Positions 52,001 through 64,000 of a stretch of 64,000 nt of DNA are shown piece by piece. The notes below the pieces were generated by a model. It saw only the letters and a list, made by a program, of their open reading frames with translations. It ran no database searches and was not told the origin of the DNA. The first letter of the stretch is position 1. Each line of letters begins with the position of its first letter. The position numbers were made by a program, and so were the translations under genes. This stretch comes from Negaprion brevirostris (Eukaryota), in the NCBI GenBank assembly GCA_030324005.1, contig JARDVH010000042.1:43339933-43403932 (forward strand). Reading direction: 5' to 3'.

Positions 52001-53834
52001 TTACAGAGAGAAAACAATCCTACTGGTCTGCGAAACATTGCAATGGCGGAGTAGTGGACTCTCCTACATCTCTCCTGCTCTGCCCTAGAACAGTGAGGTT
52101 GATCACAAATTATATTTTCTTTCATAAAACCTGTGAGATGTAAATTTTTGAGGACCTGTTGGTGTACTAATTCTTAAATGCAATTAAGATAATAGAGGTA
52201 TTCTGGTTTTTTTCTTAATTATGTGATTATAAATAAAAATGCATTCTTCAAATGAAAATACATCTATGAAAAGCAAACTTAAAATAATATGTACTGAAAT
52301 GGAATTCATATGTGTAAGTCATAATTTCATATCAACCTTTTCCTTTAAATGTCAATGCAAATAAAAATATGTCTTTAACGTTCTTGAATATATGTCTTTA
52401 TTGGTTTCATATGATAACCTTTCTGGAGAGTGCAAAAGAATTTATTGCACATCTGTTCTATATTTTCTTTTTTATTAGGAAAAAGGGGAAGAAACAAGTC
52501 CTCCCTCCCCCCTCCACCACCCCACAACTACCACGACCATCGCTGCCTTCCCTTTCTAGTACAGATGCATCATGCATTATTAGAGGTGGGGCATACCTGC
52601 AAAGGATTTATTGATTATTTCATAAACTATACTGAAATGACTTCGGTAGGGAAAATGAGTTAAACCTAGAGGTCCAAAGGTGTAAGAGAAAATATGAAAA
52701 GTTCATGCCAATGTTGAAGTCATGCAGTGCAGTTTGCAATAACTAAAGGACAAAGCCCACATCTTTAATTCAGTAGTGGCTAGTAAATAAGTGGAATGAA
52801 AATCAAACCGCTTTGGTTTATTGGTACACATGTGTGGAATTGTAGATCAGCTGGCTTTTATTTTCTGGGGTTGGGTCAGCCACTCTTTTTTAAATGTCTT
52901 TTTTACCCGATATTTAACTGTTCTCTCTCTCCAGATGCTAATGATGCTCTGCATCATTACCTGGCTAACGGCTTCAGTACATTATCTGTCCAAAGTCCAT
53001 GATCAGTGTCCAGTATGGCAGGATGCCTTGTACTTTGATATTGCTAAAATTGTTTGTGGTGGAAAAGTGCCTGGCACCTGCTAACTATCTCTACTAGATA
53101 GCATAGCTATGACTAGCAACACATGTTTGGAGCTGTGGTTAGGAATGGGGAGCCTTGATACTCACAGTGGCTGAAGATCAATGCATATTTCCACCAAAAT
53201 GTATTTTTTTGCACACATACCACAGATTGGCATAAGGTATGTAAGAGGCTTCATGAAAATGACAGACAGATAATGTTATGATCCAAAAAGAAACCTGTAA
53301 TGGATATCAGTTTCTTCTGGCCATTAGGGACTTCTAACAACTCTTTATAGCAAACATCCCCTGTCTAAATAGGGAAAGATTTTCACTCAAGACTTTTAAT
53401 TGATTTTACTTGGTTTCAGGTCTCATGAGCGTCACAAACATTAAGTTATTTGTTTGCCCTGCAAAAATCACACTGACCAGTGTTCCAAACATTGGGTTCT
53501 GAATCTCAGGCGTGCCGAGCAGAGGATATAGTGTTTTCCTGCAGAGAGGAAAGACAAATAAACAAGAGGCAAATCACCCTTGGTCTTCCTCTCTTCTCCT
53601 TCACTCACCTCGTATTAACTGGTTACAAAGAAAAGGCTGAGCAACAGATCCATTCCACATTCCCAATTCCAAACATTTTATTTCTATTAGTAGTCTCTCA
53701 ATGAGTAGTCCCTCATATGGTATGTAAAATCTTCATAAAAGTTAAGGAAGTTGTTACAAATTCCCCTTGATGTTTTTATTAAGTATTGCTAAATAGCTGC
53801 CCTCCAACCTACTTCATAGTATTTTATAGTTTTT

Positions 53835-53981
53835 AAAGTTTATTTATTCGTCTCACGAGTAGGCTTACATTTACACTGCAATGAAGTTACTATGAAAATC
53901 CCCGAGTCACCACACTCCGACACCTGTTTGGGTACACTAAGGGAGAATTTAGCGTGGTCAGTGCTTCTAACCGGCACATTT
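53835..53981 (-). mobile_element. 3' part of alternative-tail SINE
   Basis: aaagtttatttattcgtctcacgagtaggcttacatttacactgcaatgaagttactatgaaaatcccc is the reverse complement of the tails at 32900-32974 and 46540-46613. Confidence 0.75.
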
Positions 53982-54723
53982 AACTTGATGGTGATGTCAG
54001 GGCTCTGCATTTAACCCAGCTGGATTTATTTTCATTTTTTATCTGTAGTTGCTATATATGCTTGACTTCCAATCAATGGGATGATGGGAAAATTCCCCAT
54101 CCTCCCACATTCTCCACAAATTTCTCTCTAGTTCACTTCCAGCTAAAGGAATTTCTTAGTCTTCAATTCACTTAATTTTGGAATACTGCCTCTAAATTGT
54201 TCTTTTTTTATTCATTCATGGAACATGNNNNNNNNNNNNNNNNNNNNNNNNNNNNNNNNNNNNNNNNNNNNNNNNNNNNNNNNNNNNNNNNNNNNNNNNN
54301 NNNNNNNNNNNNNNNNNNNNNNNNNNNNNNNNNNNNNNNNNNNNNNNNNNNNNNNNNNNNNNNNNNNNNNNNNNNNNNNNNNNNNNNNNNNNNNNNNNNN
54401 NNNNNNNNNNNNNNNNNNNNNNNNNNNNNNNNNNNNNNNNNNNNNNNNNNNNNNNNNNNNNNNNNNNNNNNNNNNNNNNNNNNNNNNNNNNNNNNNNNNN
54501 NNNNNNNNNNNNNNNNNNNNNNNNNNNNNNNNNNNNNNNNNNNNNNNNNNNNNNNNNNNNNNNNNNNNNNNNNNNNNNNNNNNNNNNNNNNNNNNNNNNN
54601 NNNNNNNNNNNNNNNNNNNNNNNNNNNNNNNNNNNNNNNNNNNNNNNNNNNNNNNNNNNNNNNNNNNNNNNNNNNNNNNNNNNNNNNNNNNNNNNNNNNN
54701 NNNNNNNNNNNNNNNNNNNNNNA

Positions 54724-54870
54724 CTACTTTCTGTGGTAGTGAATTCCACACATTCACCACCCTCTGGGTGAAGAAATTTCTCCTCACCTCAGTTCTAAAT
54801 GTTTACCCCTTATTCTCAAACTATGATCCCTAGCTCTGGACTTCCCCATCATCCGGAACATTATTTCTGA
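54724..54870 (-). mobile_element. CR1 3' region fragment
   Basis: Minus strand RRNFFTQRVVNVWNSLPQKV. Confidence 0.8.
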
Positions 54871-55018
54871 ATCAAAGTCACCCAATATCAACAGTATCTA
54901 CAGTTCTTGCACATCTCTGTCATTTCTCTGTAGATTTGCTCCTTTATCTCTCTATTTGTCCAACAATACAGTCCTCATCACTTTTAGCATCCCCAACTAA
55001 AACAACTCCATCCTAGTC

Positions 55019-55310
55019 AGAATCATAGAATCCCTACAGTGAAGAAGGAGGCCATTCAACCCATCATGCCTACACTGACACAAATCCATCCAGACCCTAA
55101 CCCCGTAACCCCAAATATTTATGCTGCTAATCCCCCAGATTCTAAGGGATAATGTAGCATGGCTGATCCATCTAATCCACACATTTTTGGAGTGTGGGAA
55201 GAAAAGCACTCATACAGAGGGAGAACGTGCAAACTCCACATGGACAGTGACCTGAGGCTGGAATTGAATCCAGATCCCTGGTGCTATGAGACAGTGGTGC
55301 CACCATGCCA
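55019..55310 (-). mobile_element. HE1-like SINE
   Basis: agaatcatagaatccctacagtgaagaaggaggccattc (tail, reverse) to gtgcaaactccacatggacagtgacc...gaattgaatccagatccctgg (head, reverse). Confidence 0.85.
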
Positions 55311-55839
55311 ATGTAGGCAAACATTCATATTGGGGAATTAACACTATCCATTTGCCATTCCAATAGGAGTTACTCAGAGTGGCACTAGTTGCACCATATT
55401 AAATGCATCAGCTATTCCAGGCAGACTTAGCTGTTCAATCAGCAGTTCATATACCTTGTGTAAGTGTGATTACCTTGGCTACTTAATCTCCTGTCACTGT
55501 TATCGGGATAAATCTCGCACTAATCAGCATTGACTGCAGCAAAAAACATGGCTGGTAAGAGGAAAGCGATGAACCTCAGCATGAAAACTGACCTCCTAAG
55601 TAAAATGGATGAACTGCTGAAGATGAACTAATATGATCTTGTATGGCGCCAGGATCTCCAAACCCTACTGTTGCTGCTGACTTTACAGCACTCCTCATGC
55701 AGTGGACAGAAAGCACTAACACACATGCTCCAACAGAAATGGTGGGGCTGTAATCGAATAATAAGCCAGTGTTTCCCTCTTTAATGAATGCTTCCAAGAA
55801 ACAATCATCAACCAACTTATTTTTCCTCCATTTCCAAAT

Positions 55840-56310
55840 AGATAAGAAAATAGAAGCAGGAGTAAGCCATTCATCTCTCTGATCTGCCACCTAGCTGCAT
55901 ATACCTGTCTTTGCCCTACATTCCTCATTACCTTTGGTTAACAAAAGTTATCAATTTCAGATTTAAAATTAATAATTGATCTAACACAGTTGCTGTTTGC
56001 AAAAGACAATTCAATATTTCTACCTGCTTCCCATGCAAGAGTGTTTCCTAATTTCAGTACTCAAAGGTTAATGTTCCCAAACCATGGAAATATTTTGTCT
56101 CTATACANNNNNNNNNNNNNNNNNNNNNNNNNNNNNNNNNNNNNNNNNNNNNNNNNNNNNNNNNNNNNNNNNNNNNNNNNNNNNNNNNNNNNNNNNNNNN
56201 NNNNNNNCTATACACCTTATCTGTTCCCCTTAATATTTTGAAAGCTTTGATTAAATCAACCCTTAACCTTCTATATTCTCTCCTCCTAATTTAACTCTAG
56301 AAGTCTAGGA
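55840..56310 (-). mobile_element. CR1 3' fragment
   Basis: ataagaaaatagaagcaggagtaagccattc tail in reverse. ttgattaaatcaacccttaaccttcta reads as the RRLRxDLI motif in reverse. Confidence 0.6.
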
Positions 56311-57224
56311 ATGGACTACTCCATCCTTCAGTCCAATCTGCTGATGGCCTCTGACTACCCTGCCTGATACTTTCCTACCTGCCTTTGCAGCTCCAATATC
56401 TCTCTCAGGATTGATTCCAGAGGCTCATCATCGACTCAGGCTCAGCGGGGGCCTAATCTGCAGCAGTCCTCCAAGTGTCAGAGACGTCAGTTGGCACTGC
56501 CTTTACCCACTGTGGACACTTGTCTGTGAGGCAATCACCAGGGAATGACCTGAACCTAGGAACCAGGACTTACCAAAGTCTGAGCACCCACATTTGTGGA
56601 GGTTTCAGGTGAACGCAATGACGGGTCTTCATCAGACTCTTCCTCAGGATTCTCATCCAAAGTAGCCTGGGGGCTGGGTTTGATGTACTGGCTGGTGATC
56701 TCCTTTTGCCCTTTCTTGCTGGTGGCTGGAATACAGAAAACAATTAGTGCAGTGGTATTCAACCACTGTGCCATAGCACACTGGTGAGAAGAGTGCAAGT
56801 GTGCTACAGCTGCTGGCATCCTGCACACACAGCCTTTCATCAAACCATCCGACAAACCCCAGTCATTTGGAGTAAATTCCCTTCAGCCAGGTTAACCTGG
56901 TCTATGTGTTTCTCTGTACTCCCAGGAATCTGTTTAAATGGTTTCTATTGTGTATGATGTCTAATCACAGACTATAAAGAGACCACAAGGTAAGTAGGTT
57001 AAAACAAACAGGAACGTTATATAATGTCATGTCAGCAGCAAATTCAATACAAGACTGTCCTAGCAAGCTCCATCCAGGGTGGAGTTTGTGCCCCAGATTA
57101 TCTGAACCATTCTCTTAAAGGGGCATATGCCCAACTACGTACAGAACAGTCTCCAGTTTACTATTCAAGACCAATCCCTGCCGATTCCAACGTGATCACC
57201 TCACATCAGCTGCATTTAAAACAA

Positions 57225-57310
57225 AATAGGGCCTGGGTGGGATTGTTGTCGGTGCAGGTTTGATGGACTGAATGGCCTCTTGCTGCACTGTAGGGATTCT
57301 ATGATTCTAC
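57225..57310 (+). mobile_element. HE1-like SINE 3' fragment
   Basis: atagggcctgggtgggattgttgtcggtgcagg...gaatggcctcttgctgcactgtagggattctatgattcta. Confidence 0.75.
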
Positions 57311-59059
57311 GAAAAGAAACTCTATCTGGTAATTCAAACAAATAAGTTTATAAATTTATAAATCAAACAAATATACAATTGTCCATATCCTGTCTTTATT
57401 CAAAAGCTTTATGGGACCATTCTAGATCAGATTGAAATATGTTAATCTCTTTTTCACATCCAATAACTCTGCTTCGGCTACCAGGGCTGTGGAGCACAAG
57501 TTGCATTTTGCCTGCCAATAGTATTCACTCACTCATTTGGAGCACCAAGACTAGTCTACCTCCTAGGATGTCTTCTACAATCCTACAGAGCCCACCACTA
57601 AAAGTGGCCCAGTCAGTTTGTCGCAGGAGATAAGTGAAAATATTATCTGTATTAATACACACGTGCAGGCAATTCACACAGCAATGGTGTTCATATTTAA
57701 CATGCATTGGGCCCCTTTTAAATGCTAACAAATTTTTAAAGACAACAGCAGTTTTCAAATGGTGACATTCCAGGAGAAAATAGTAATTCTTAGATTTGTT
57801 CTATCTGATGTTTTAAATACAGAAATAACATAAGTTGTCTTTCAGTCATTTGATAATGTTCTGATTATTATTAATAATACAGATAATAGAGTGCTTGCTG
57901 TAGCCCCCTCTATTTTTTCAACATGGTTGGATGCAATCCATCCAAACTGGAGGTTCTAGGCTCTTTTAACTTACTTTATCAAATATCTGACATAAATTGT
58001 GTAAGCTTTCGGTTTGAATATTTTCTGACTTATATGGAACATTAATTCCTCCCTTCACATATCTCTCTCCCTTCTTCAGGCTCTAAATGCTTCTTAACTG
58101 ATTCATTCTGCCCCGACTGTCCCACAACACAATTCACTTCTTCCTGAGCTCAGAACTGTACTCCAGAAGTTCACTTCCATTTCTGTCCATGTCAGCTTTT
58201 CCCTCTCTGGCCCAAAGTCCAGTAAAATCTGAGATGTCCTTAAAAAGACAGAGTTTGGATACTTCCCTGACTGACATCAGAAGGCTGTTTCACAGCCAAT
58301 CCTTGTCCATTGTCTGTTCCTGGGAAATCACGAGGGCCCATTTGGAACTGAATCATTCATTCACCCTCCATTCCAGATGAAAAACGCTTCTTCCTTGCAG
58401 CTTCTGATTTAGGAATGAAAAACCTCATATGTTCGTCATCTTGACATCTGTAAAAAGTGGATGTGCAGACCTCGGCTATAAACATAGGGATGTTCCACAC
58501 TCACATTCTGAGAGAACCTGCATGTGTGCTATCTATCTCATCTTTGTGCAAGATATATTGACCATTATTGCTTGTTCCCAGGTACTTTGATGACTGTGTT
58601 AGTGCCATCCCCAACCATTGTCTTGAACTGCTCAGTTAGAGAATATTGGAGGTGTGCCTCAGGATCTTTACAGTATAATGGTGCGCTGTGACAGATAAGA
58701 GATTGGGAATCACTGAATTAGTGATTGACTAGACAGGCAGCTATATTATAAGTCACTCATAGTCATTGTCCACGTGAGGCCAAGGTATACCGGATAAACC
58801 CCACTGGCTTTTTGGGGGAGGCCAATCTTGTCCTCCACTCAGAAATGATCCTTCTCATCTCCAGTCAGTTCTGCCACCTGCTCCCCGTAAGGGGAAAATG
58901 TCCTCAATTGCAGCACCTCCCTGGCAGGTCCTGGCTCTCTCCCTCTTGTTGTGGGAGATCCCGTNNNNNNNNNNAGTTTGGTTGACAAATGAAAAAGCAG
59001 GTCAGAAGCATGCGTACCTGCTGCTTGTGCTGAGTCCTCCAAGTAAGAAATGAAGAAAA

Positions 59060-59650
59060 GTCAGAGAGGTTAGGTTTATATCCACTGGAGTTTAGATGAA
59101 CAAGAGGTGAATTGATTGAAACCTTTAGGATCATGGGCAGGGGGTTCTTGACAGGGTGGATGTGGAAAGAATATTTCCTCTCGTGGAGAATCTAGAACTC
59201 AGGGTCACTGTTACAAAATAAGAGGTCACCTAGTTAAGACAGAGGTTAAGAGATTTTTTTTCAAAGACAGTTACCGGAATTCTACCGCCCCACCCATTAC
59301 AAATCGGAGCAGGCAAGAGGCAGACAATGGAAGTGTCCATTGACCTTGGGTGGGAATTTCTGGTCCCGCTCGAGGAAGGCCGTACATCATGCCCAGTGGG
59401 TGGCATTTTCTGGCTTTTCTTGCCCGAAAACTGGGAAATCCCACCTGAGGTCATTTGCATGGTCCCCTACTCCTCCCCCTGCCTCCCGCCCACTATGATT
59501 CCTGTGGCAGATGGAATGGGAGAATTTTGGTCAGTGAGTCTGCAGAGTTTCTTTCTCAAAGGGCAGTGGAAGCAAAATAATTGAATCTTTTTAAGGCAGA
59601 GGTAGATAGATTCTTGATACACAACTGGTAAAAATTATAGGGAGTAGGTA
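59060..59650 (+). mobile_element. CR1 3' region split by a MITE (about 59273-59530)
   Basis: RLGLYPLEFR..RGELIETFRI motif. CR1 resumes at 59530. The insert has inverted ends ccggaattct...agaattttgg and the ccattgaccttgggtgggaatttc motif, also seen near 4125, 11130, 31225 and 32510. Confidence 0.65.
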
Positions 59651-60275
59651 AGTAAAATAGCATGGCTCCTTTAAAGGGTGGTGGTCTATTGAAGTGGAGT
59701 GCACAAACCTCAGCCTATCAGGTGTTAGGGCACGGGTCTAGGTAAGTGGAACCTGCAATGTGAGCCTGGGAGTTGGGGGAACTAGACCTCTATTAGGACT
59801 GAGCCGTTCTATATGGAGTTATAACTATAGTTCAATAAATTGCCATTGTGATTTAATGCTTTCTCAGATTTATTTGTGCTGTAATATTGGTGAAGAGAAT
59901 AAGTCGACCTAGAATTGTAAAAATGTCAACATTTGGAGGGGAGAAGGGTGAGTCCCCAAAAACTGCAAGGAAGGTAACAAGTCATTGTGCCAGCCATAGT
60001 TGAATAGTTGTGCCATTATTCAATCCATCATCAATCCACTTGATCCAGAGATTGAAATTTGGGTCAATATATTGAAAGGCTTTGATACATTTTTGCGGCC
60101 AATGAAATAACTTCCGAAGAAAAGCAGAGAATTATTTTGCTCACAATTTGTGGCCACAACATAGAATCTCGTAAGAAGCCTTATATCTTTGGAGGCACCA
60201 GATATAAAATCCATTGACCAGCTAGTCGCTTCAGTGAGAGATCACAACAATCCCTGACCCTCCATTATTAATAAC

Positions 60276-60467
60276 AAATCTCACAACATCAGGATAAAGT
60301 CCAACAAATTTATTTGGTAGCAAAATCCACTAGCTTTCTTCATAAGGAGCAACACTTTGAAAGCTAGTGGATTTTGCTACCAAATAAACCTGTTGGACTT
60401 TAACCCGGTGTTGTGAGATTTCTTACTATGTTTACCCCAGTCCAACATTGGCATCTCCACATCATGA
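60276..60467 (+). mobile_element. Penelope-derived hairpin mini-element inserted in Gypsy gag
   Basis: About 63-bp inverted arms (60276-60338 and 60359-60421), common tail ccccagtccaacattggcatctccacatcatg, direct repeat cctccattatta at 60259-60270 and 60468-60479. Confidence 0.8.
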
Positions 60468-62491
60468 CCTCCATTATTATGCAGTGATATAAATTCCATT
60501 CTGTGGTGAGGGACGCAGGGAAGACAGTTTCTGTTTGGTTGCCAGGCTTTGCCAAATGGCTGAACACTGAGTTTGATGTGTTACATGATAGTCTCATATA
60601 TGATATTACTAACTGGAACATTCAGAAGAAGTTGTTGGCAGAAACTAAAATATCCCTGGACAAGGTGCTGAATTGACTCAATGGCTGAAAGTACTGAACA
60701 GAACACATTTGAACTGAAAGGTGTTCAAAGCAAGGGAAATTAAAATGATGGCTGCTCGAAATACCCATACTGAGAGCACAGCAGAGCCTGAGAAAAGGAA
60801 GAGAAGTCATGAGCCACATGAGTTTGTCAAGTCTTTTTGTTATGGAGGACACCATCCCCAAGACAAATACAAGTGTAAAGAGTTCATTTGTTTCACATGC
60901 AATAGGAAGTGTCACATTAAAGCCAGATGCAGAGTCAAATAGATGGTGCCTAGTTCCCAGAGAAAAAAAACGAGGATGTCAATGAATAGGCTTGAGGAAG
61001 ATTTGGAAGCAGTTTGAAGTTTATAAGGTTAACATTGTAAGGTTAAATTTAAACAACGCTCCTTAAAATAGGCTTTATTGTTAACGGGTATCCATTAATT
61101 GTGGAGGCTGATACAGGCACTTCAGCCATGGTAATAGGACTGTAAGCATACAAGTATTTACAGGGAGGTTTGCAACCCTTGAAGCCGAGCAGTACAACAG
61201 CCAAGTACAACGAAGACAGTGGAGGTACTGAGGAGTTTGGGCCTGATGTCAACACTGGTGTCTTACCAGCACCAATCTGCCCACTACCTCTGATGACAAT
61301 AAAAGGGCAGAGGCCTAGCCTTATGAAACGAGGCTGACTGAGGCAAATCAAGTTGAATTGGCTGGAAAAATTCTGTATCACAGACAGAGTTTTCCAGTAA
61401 TTCCTGGACAAGTATCAAGAAGTCTTTCAGAGACATCTGGGGTGCATATGAGAAGTTAAGGCCAAAATTAATGTGAACCCTGGATCAAAGCCAACATTTT
61501 TAGAGCCCAGCCTGTGCTTTATGTTCTGCATGAGGAAGTTGAGGTGGAGTTGAAACAATTGGAAAACCCTAGAAATAATTAAACCGGTACAGCTCTCAGA
61601 GTGGGCTGCGCCAATAGGCCCAGTGTTAAAACCAGACTGCACAGTGAGGATTTTTGATGATTACAAGCTGACCATGAACAAGGTTGCCCAAATAGATAGA
61701 TATCCTAACCCTAGGATAGAAGACCTTTACACAAAACTGATAGGAGGTCTCAAGTAGATGAAATTTGACTTAAGTCATGAGCATCAATGGTTTGAACCAG
61801 AGGAAGACTCAAGGAAATTTGTCACCATTTATACACATGAGTGTTTATTCCAATATATAAGGTTACCCTTTGATGTTTCATGCTCTATCTTTCCATGCAC
61901 CATGGAAAGCCTTCTCAAAGGGATCCCAAGAGTTGTTGTGTATCTGGACAATGTCTTAATAACAAGGGCATCACCCAAAGTACGTAGGGCCAATTTGAAG
62001 GCAGCCCTCAAAAGTTTCAAAGAAGCTGGAAAAAAGAAAAATGTACTTTTCAGGCCAATTAGGTCACTTACTTAGGATTCAGAGTTGGTGCAAAATGATT
62101 ACACCTGCTAGAAGAAAAGGTAAAGGTAATAAAAGAGGTACCTGCACCAAAGAACTTAGCAGTGTTGAAGTTTTTCTAAGGGATTGTGGCCACTTTTTGC
62201 CAAACTTGTCCACTATTTTGGCACCCTTGCACCAACTTCTAAAAAAAAATGAATGTTGACAATAGTAGGATTCTTAGAGAAAAGCCTTTCACCAAGGAAA
62301 ACAAGTCCCACAATCACTTTGACCCAGGCAAGCAGATCATAGTGACGCGTGATGCATCACCTGATGGCATAGGGGCTGTACTTTCTCTTAAGATGGAAAA
62401 TGGCAACCTGTTGCTTTTGCTTCCAGGACTTTGTCAGATGCTGAAAGAAAAAGTTCATAGATTGATGATGAAAGTCTGGCAATTAGATATG

Positions 62492-63409
62492 GGGTGGAAT
62501 TCTCCCAAAAAAATTCTAAATGTCAAATCCACTTAAAAACTGGAGTAAATCACGTTTGTTTTTCCAGTGGCATTTTCTAAATGAATCTCCCACAATCTGC
62601 ACTGCAGAGTGCTCTAGCGTGAATCTCATTTAAAAAAGTGAGCTGAAGAGGTTGGCAGCATAGCACTCAGCAGGCCATTGAGCATGCACCGATCTGTCAG
62701 TGCTGAGGCGGGCACATGAGCAGTAGCCCTGCACTGCTGGCTTCCCAATCGCTGTCCAGCTTGATCGCTGGCCAACCCTGCTATGCTGCAATGCTGCCTC
62801 CAACCCTTCCCACGCCCCAATAGCTGGCCTCCTGGATGTGTCCAGGCCAGCTTCGGCACTCCTTCCCACCTTCTTCGATCTTCCCCACCCTCCCACTGGC
62901 AGCCCCAATCCAGCCTCGCAATCTCAAATCTCTNNNNNNNNNNNNNNNNNNNNNNNNNNNNNNNNNNNNNNNNNNNNNNNNNNNNNNNNNNNNNNNNNNN
63001 NNNNNNNNNNNNNNNNNNNNNNNNNNNNNNNNNNNNNNNNNNNNNNNNNNNNNNNNNNNNNNNNNNNNNNNNNNNNNNNNNNNNNNNNNNNNNNNNNNNN
63101 NNNNNNNNNNNNNNNNNNNNNNNNCTCCATTAGTGGAAGCTATTGTAAACCCCACTGGCGACATGGGGGTGGGGGGGAGGCGGGAAAGACTTCAGTCCTG
63201 TGCTTGCTATTCAGATGCAAATTTTGATTTTAATAATTTATGCAGCTCTGTGCTGATTCCTGGCATGGAGCTGACGATGCTGGAAATCCGATAGCCAGAG
63301 AGGCTATGGCACCCAGCAGGAAGCCCAGTAAACAGCCACTGCTTGTGTCTCTCGGCTGGCAACACAACAAAAGCAGCACAGTCAGGTGGGAGGACCTGTC
63401 CTCCTGATT
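62492..63409. mobile_element. Harbinger-like non-autonomous insertion(s) within Gypsy RNase H
   Basis: Gypsy frame breaks after E.LAIRYG (62490) and resumes at KKFHQY (63410). The insert start resembles the 43474 element. Confidence 0.65.
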
Positions 63410-64000
63410 TCAAGAAATTCCACCAATATGTTTATGCCGCCACTTCACCATCATCTCGGACCACAAACCGTTACTAGGGCTGCTCTGCAAAGATAAACCA
63501 GTCAGAGTACAAAGATGGGTCTTACTTTTAGCTGCTTGTAGTTACACTTTTCGACACAAACCAGGGGCACAGATCTCCAATGCCAATGCTCTAAGTCAGC
63601 TTTCACCTCCAGGGACAGTATCTTCACCTCCAGTATGACAGGAAATTGTCTATGCTTTGAATTTTTCCAACATTCTGCCCATTTTATTGGCCCACATCAA
63701 GACATAGACCCGGAGGGACTCAGTTCTATCAAAGGTTAAAAGGATAGTTTTAACCAGCTGGCATTTGGACAAATCCGAACAAATCTGGTCCAACTTGCAC
63801 TTGTAGGAGTGATATTAGGTGTGAAGGTGGGGTGCTTTTGTGGGGGAGTCAAGCGATAGTACCATCCCCGCCCCGCCCCCCGGGCGACAGCCACTTCTTC
63901 AGGAACTGCAAGGCGCACGTCCTGTGTAGCCCAAGATGAAGATGTTGGCCAAGAGCTACATGTGTTGGCCAGGAAAAGAGAAAGAAATACAGTGTAGTGA

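Larger units (their letters stand above)
59660..64000 (+). mobile_element. Decayed Gypsy (Mag-like) LTR retrotransposon: 5' LTR, gag, PR, RT, RNase H, start of integrase; runs off the window
   Basis: AATAAA-containing LTR then PBS-like TGGTGAAGAG at 59888. Zinc knuckle CFTCNRKCHIKARC; protease VEADTGTS; RT SEWAAPIGPVLKPD, VVYLDNVLI; RNase H DASPDGIGAVLS, KKFHQYVY, TIISDHKPLLGL; integrase KMKMLAKSYMCWPG. Many stops and frameshifts. Confidence 0.9.

Noticed and set aside
52935-53084. Strong pyrimidine acceptor followed by a short open frame
   Set aside because: No convincing donor, no recognisable motif, and it lies beyond the predicted stop.
1-64000. CRISPR arrays, operons, retrons or other prokaryotic systems
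   Set aside because: No regularly spaced repeat-spacer array or gene-dense organisation. All RT motifs belong to decayed eukaryotic retroelements.

Overview
Repeat-rich, gapped draft eukaryotic DNA, not a prokaryotic locus. The SINE/LINE complement (HE1/V-SINE-like tRNA SINEs, CR1, L2, Rex1, Penelope) suggests a cartilaginous fish (inference). Most ORFs in the supplied track are spurious or run through N gaps. The one host gene I can support is the 3' part of a + strand spliced gene. Five GT-AG exons (8608-8731, 15105-15272, 26047-26159, 42878-43360, 48649-49008) join in frame to give the last RCC1-type propeller repeats followed by a long low-complexity tail; I cannot assign an ortholog. The rest is layered, decayed transposons: two Gypsy LTR elements at the window ends, many CR1/L2/Rex1 fragments, about a dozen SINEs, Harbinger-like non-autonomous elements, and a Neptune-type Penelope element (RT + GIY-YIG) with a minimal hammerhead ribozyme. 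Most notable are three short self-complementary Penelope-derived inserts with hammerhead motifs and 11-13 bp target-site duplications, a perfect 201-bp inverted duplication around 1.3 kb of old repeats, a possible alternative C-terminus ending in a CXXX motif for the RCC1 gene, and SINEs with one head but two different 3' tails. All assignments are by eye; repeat boundaries are approximate.
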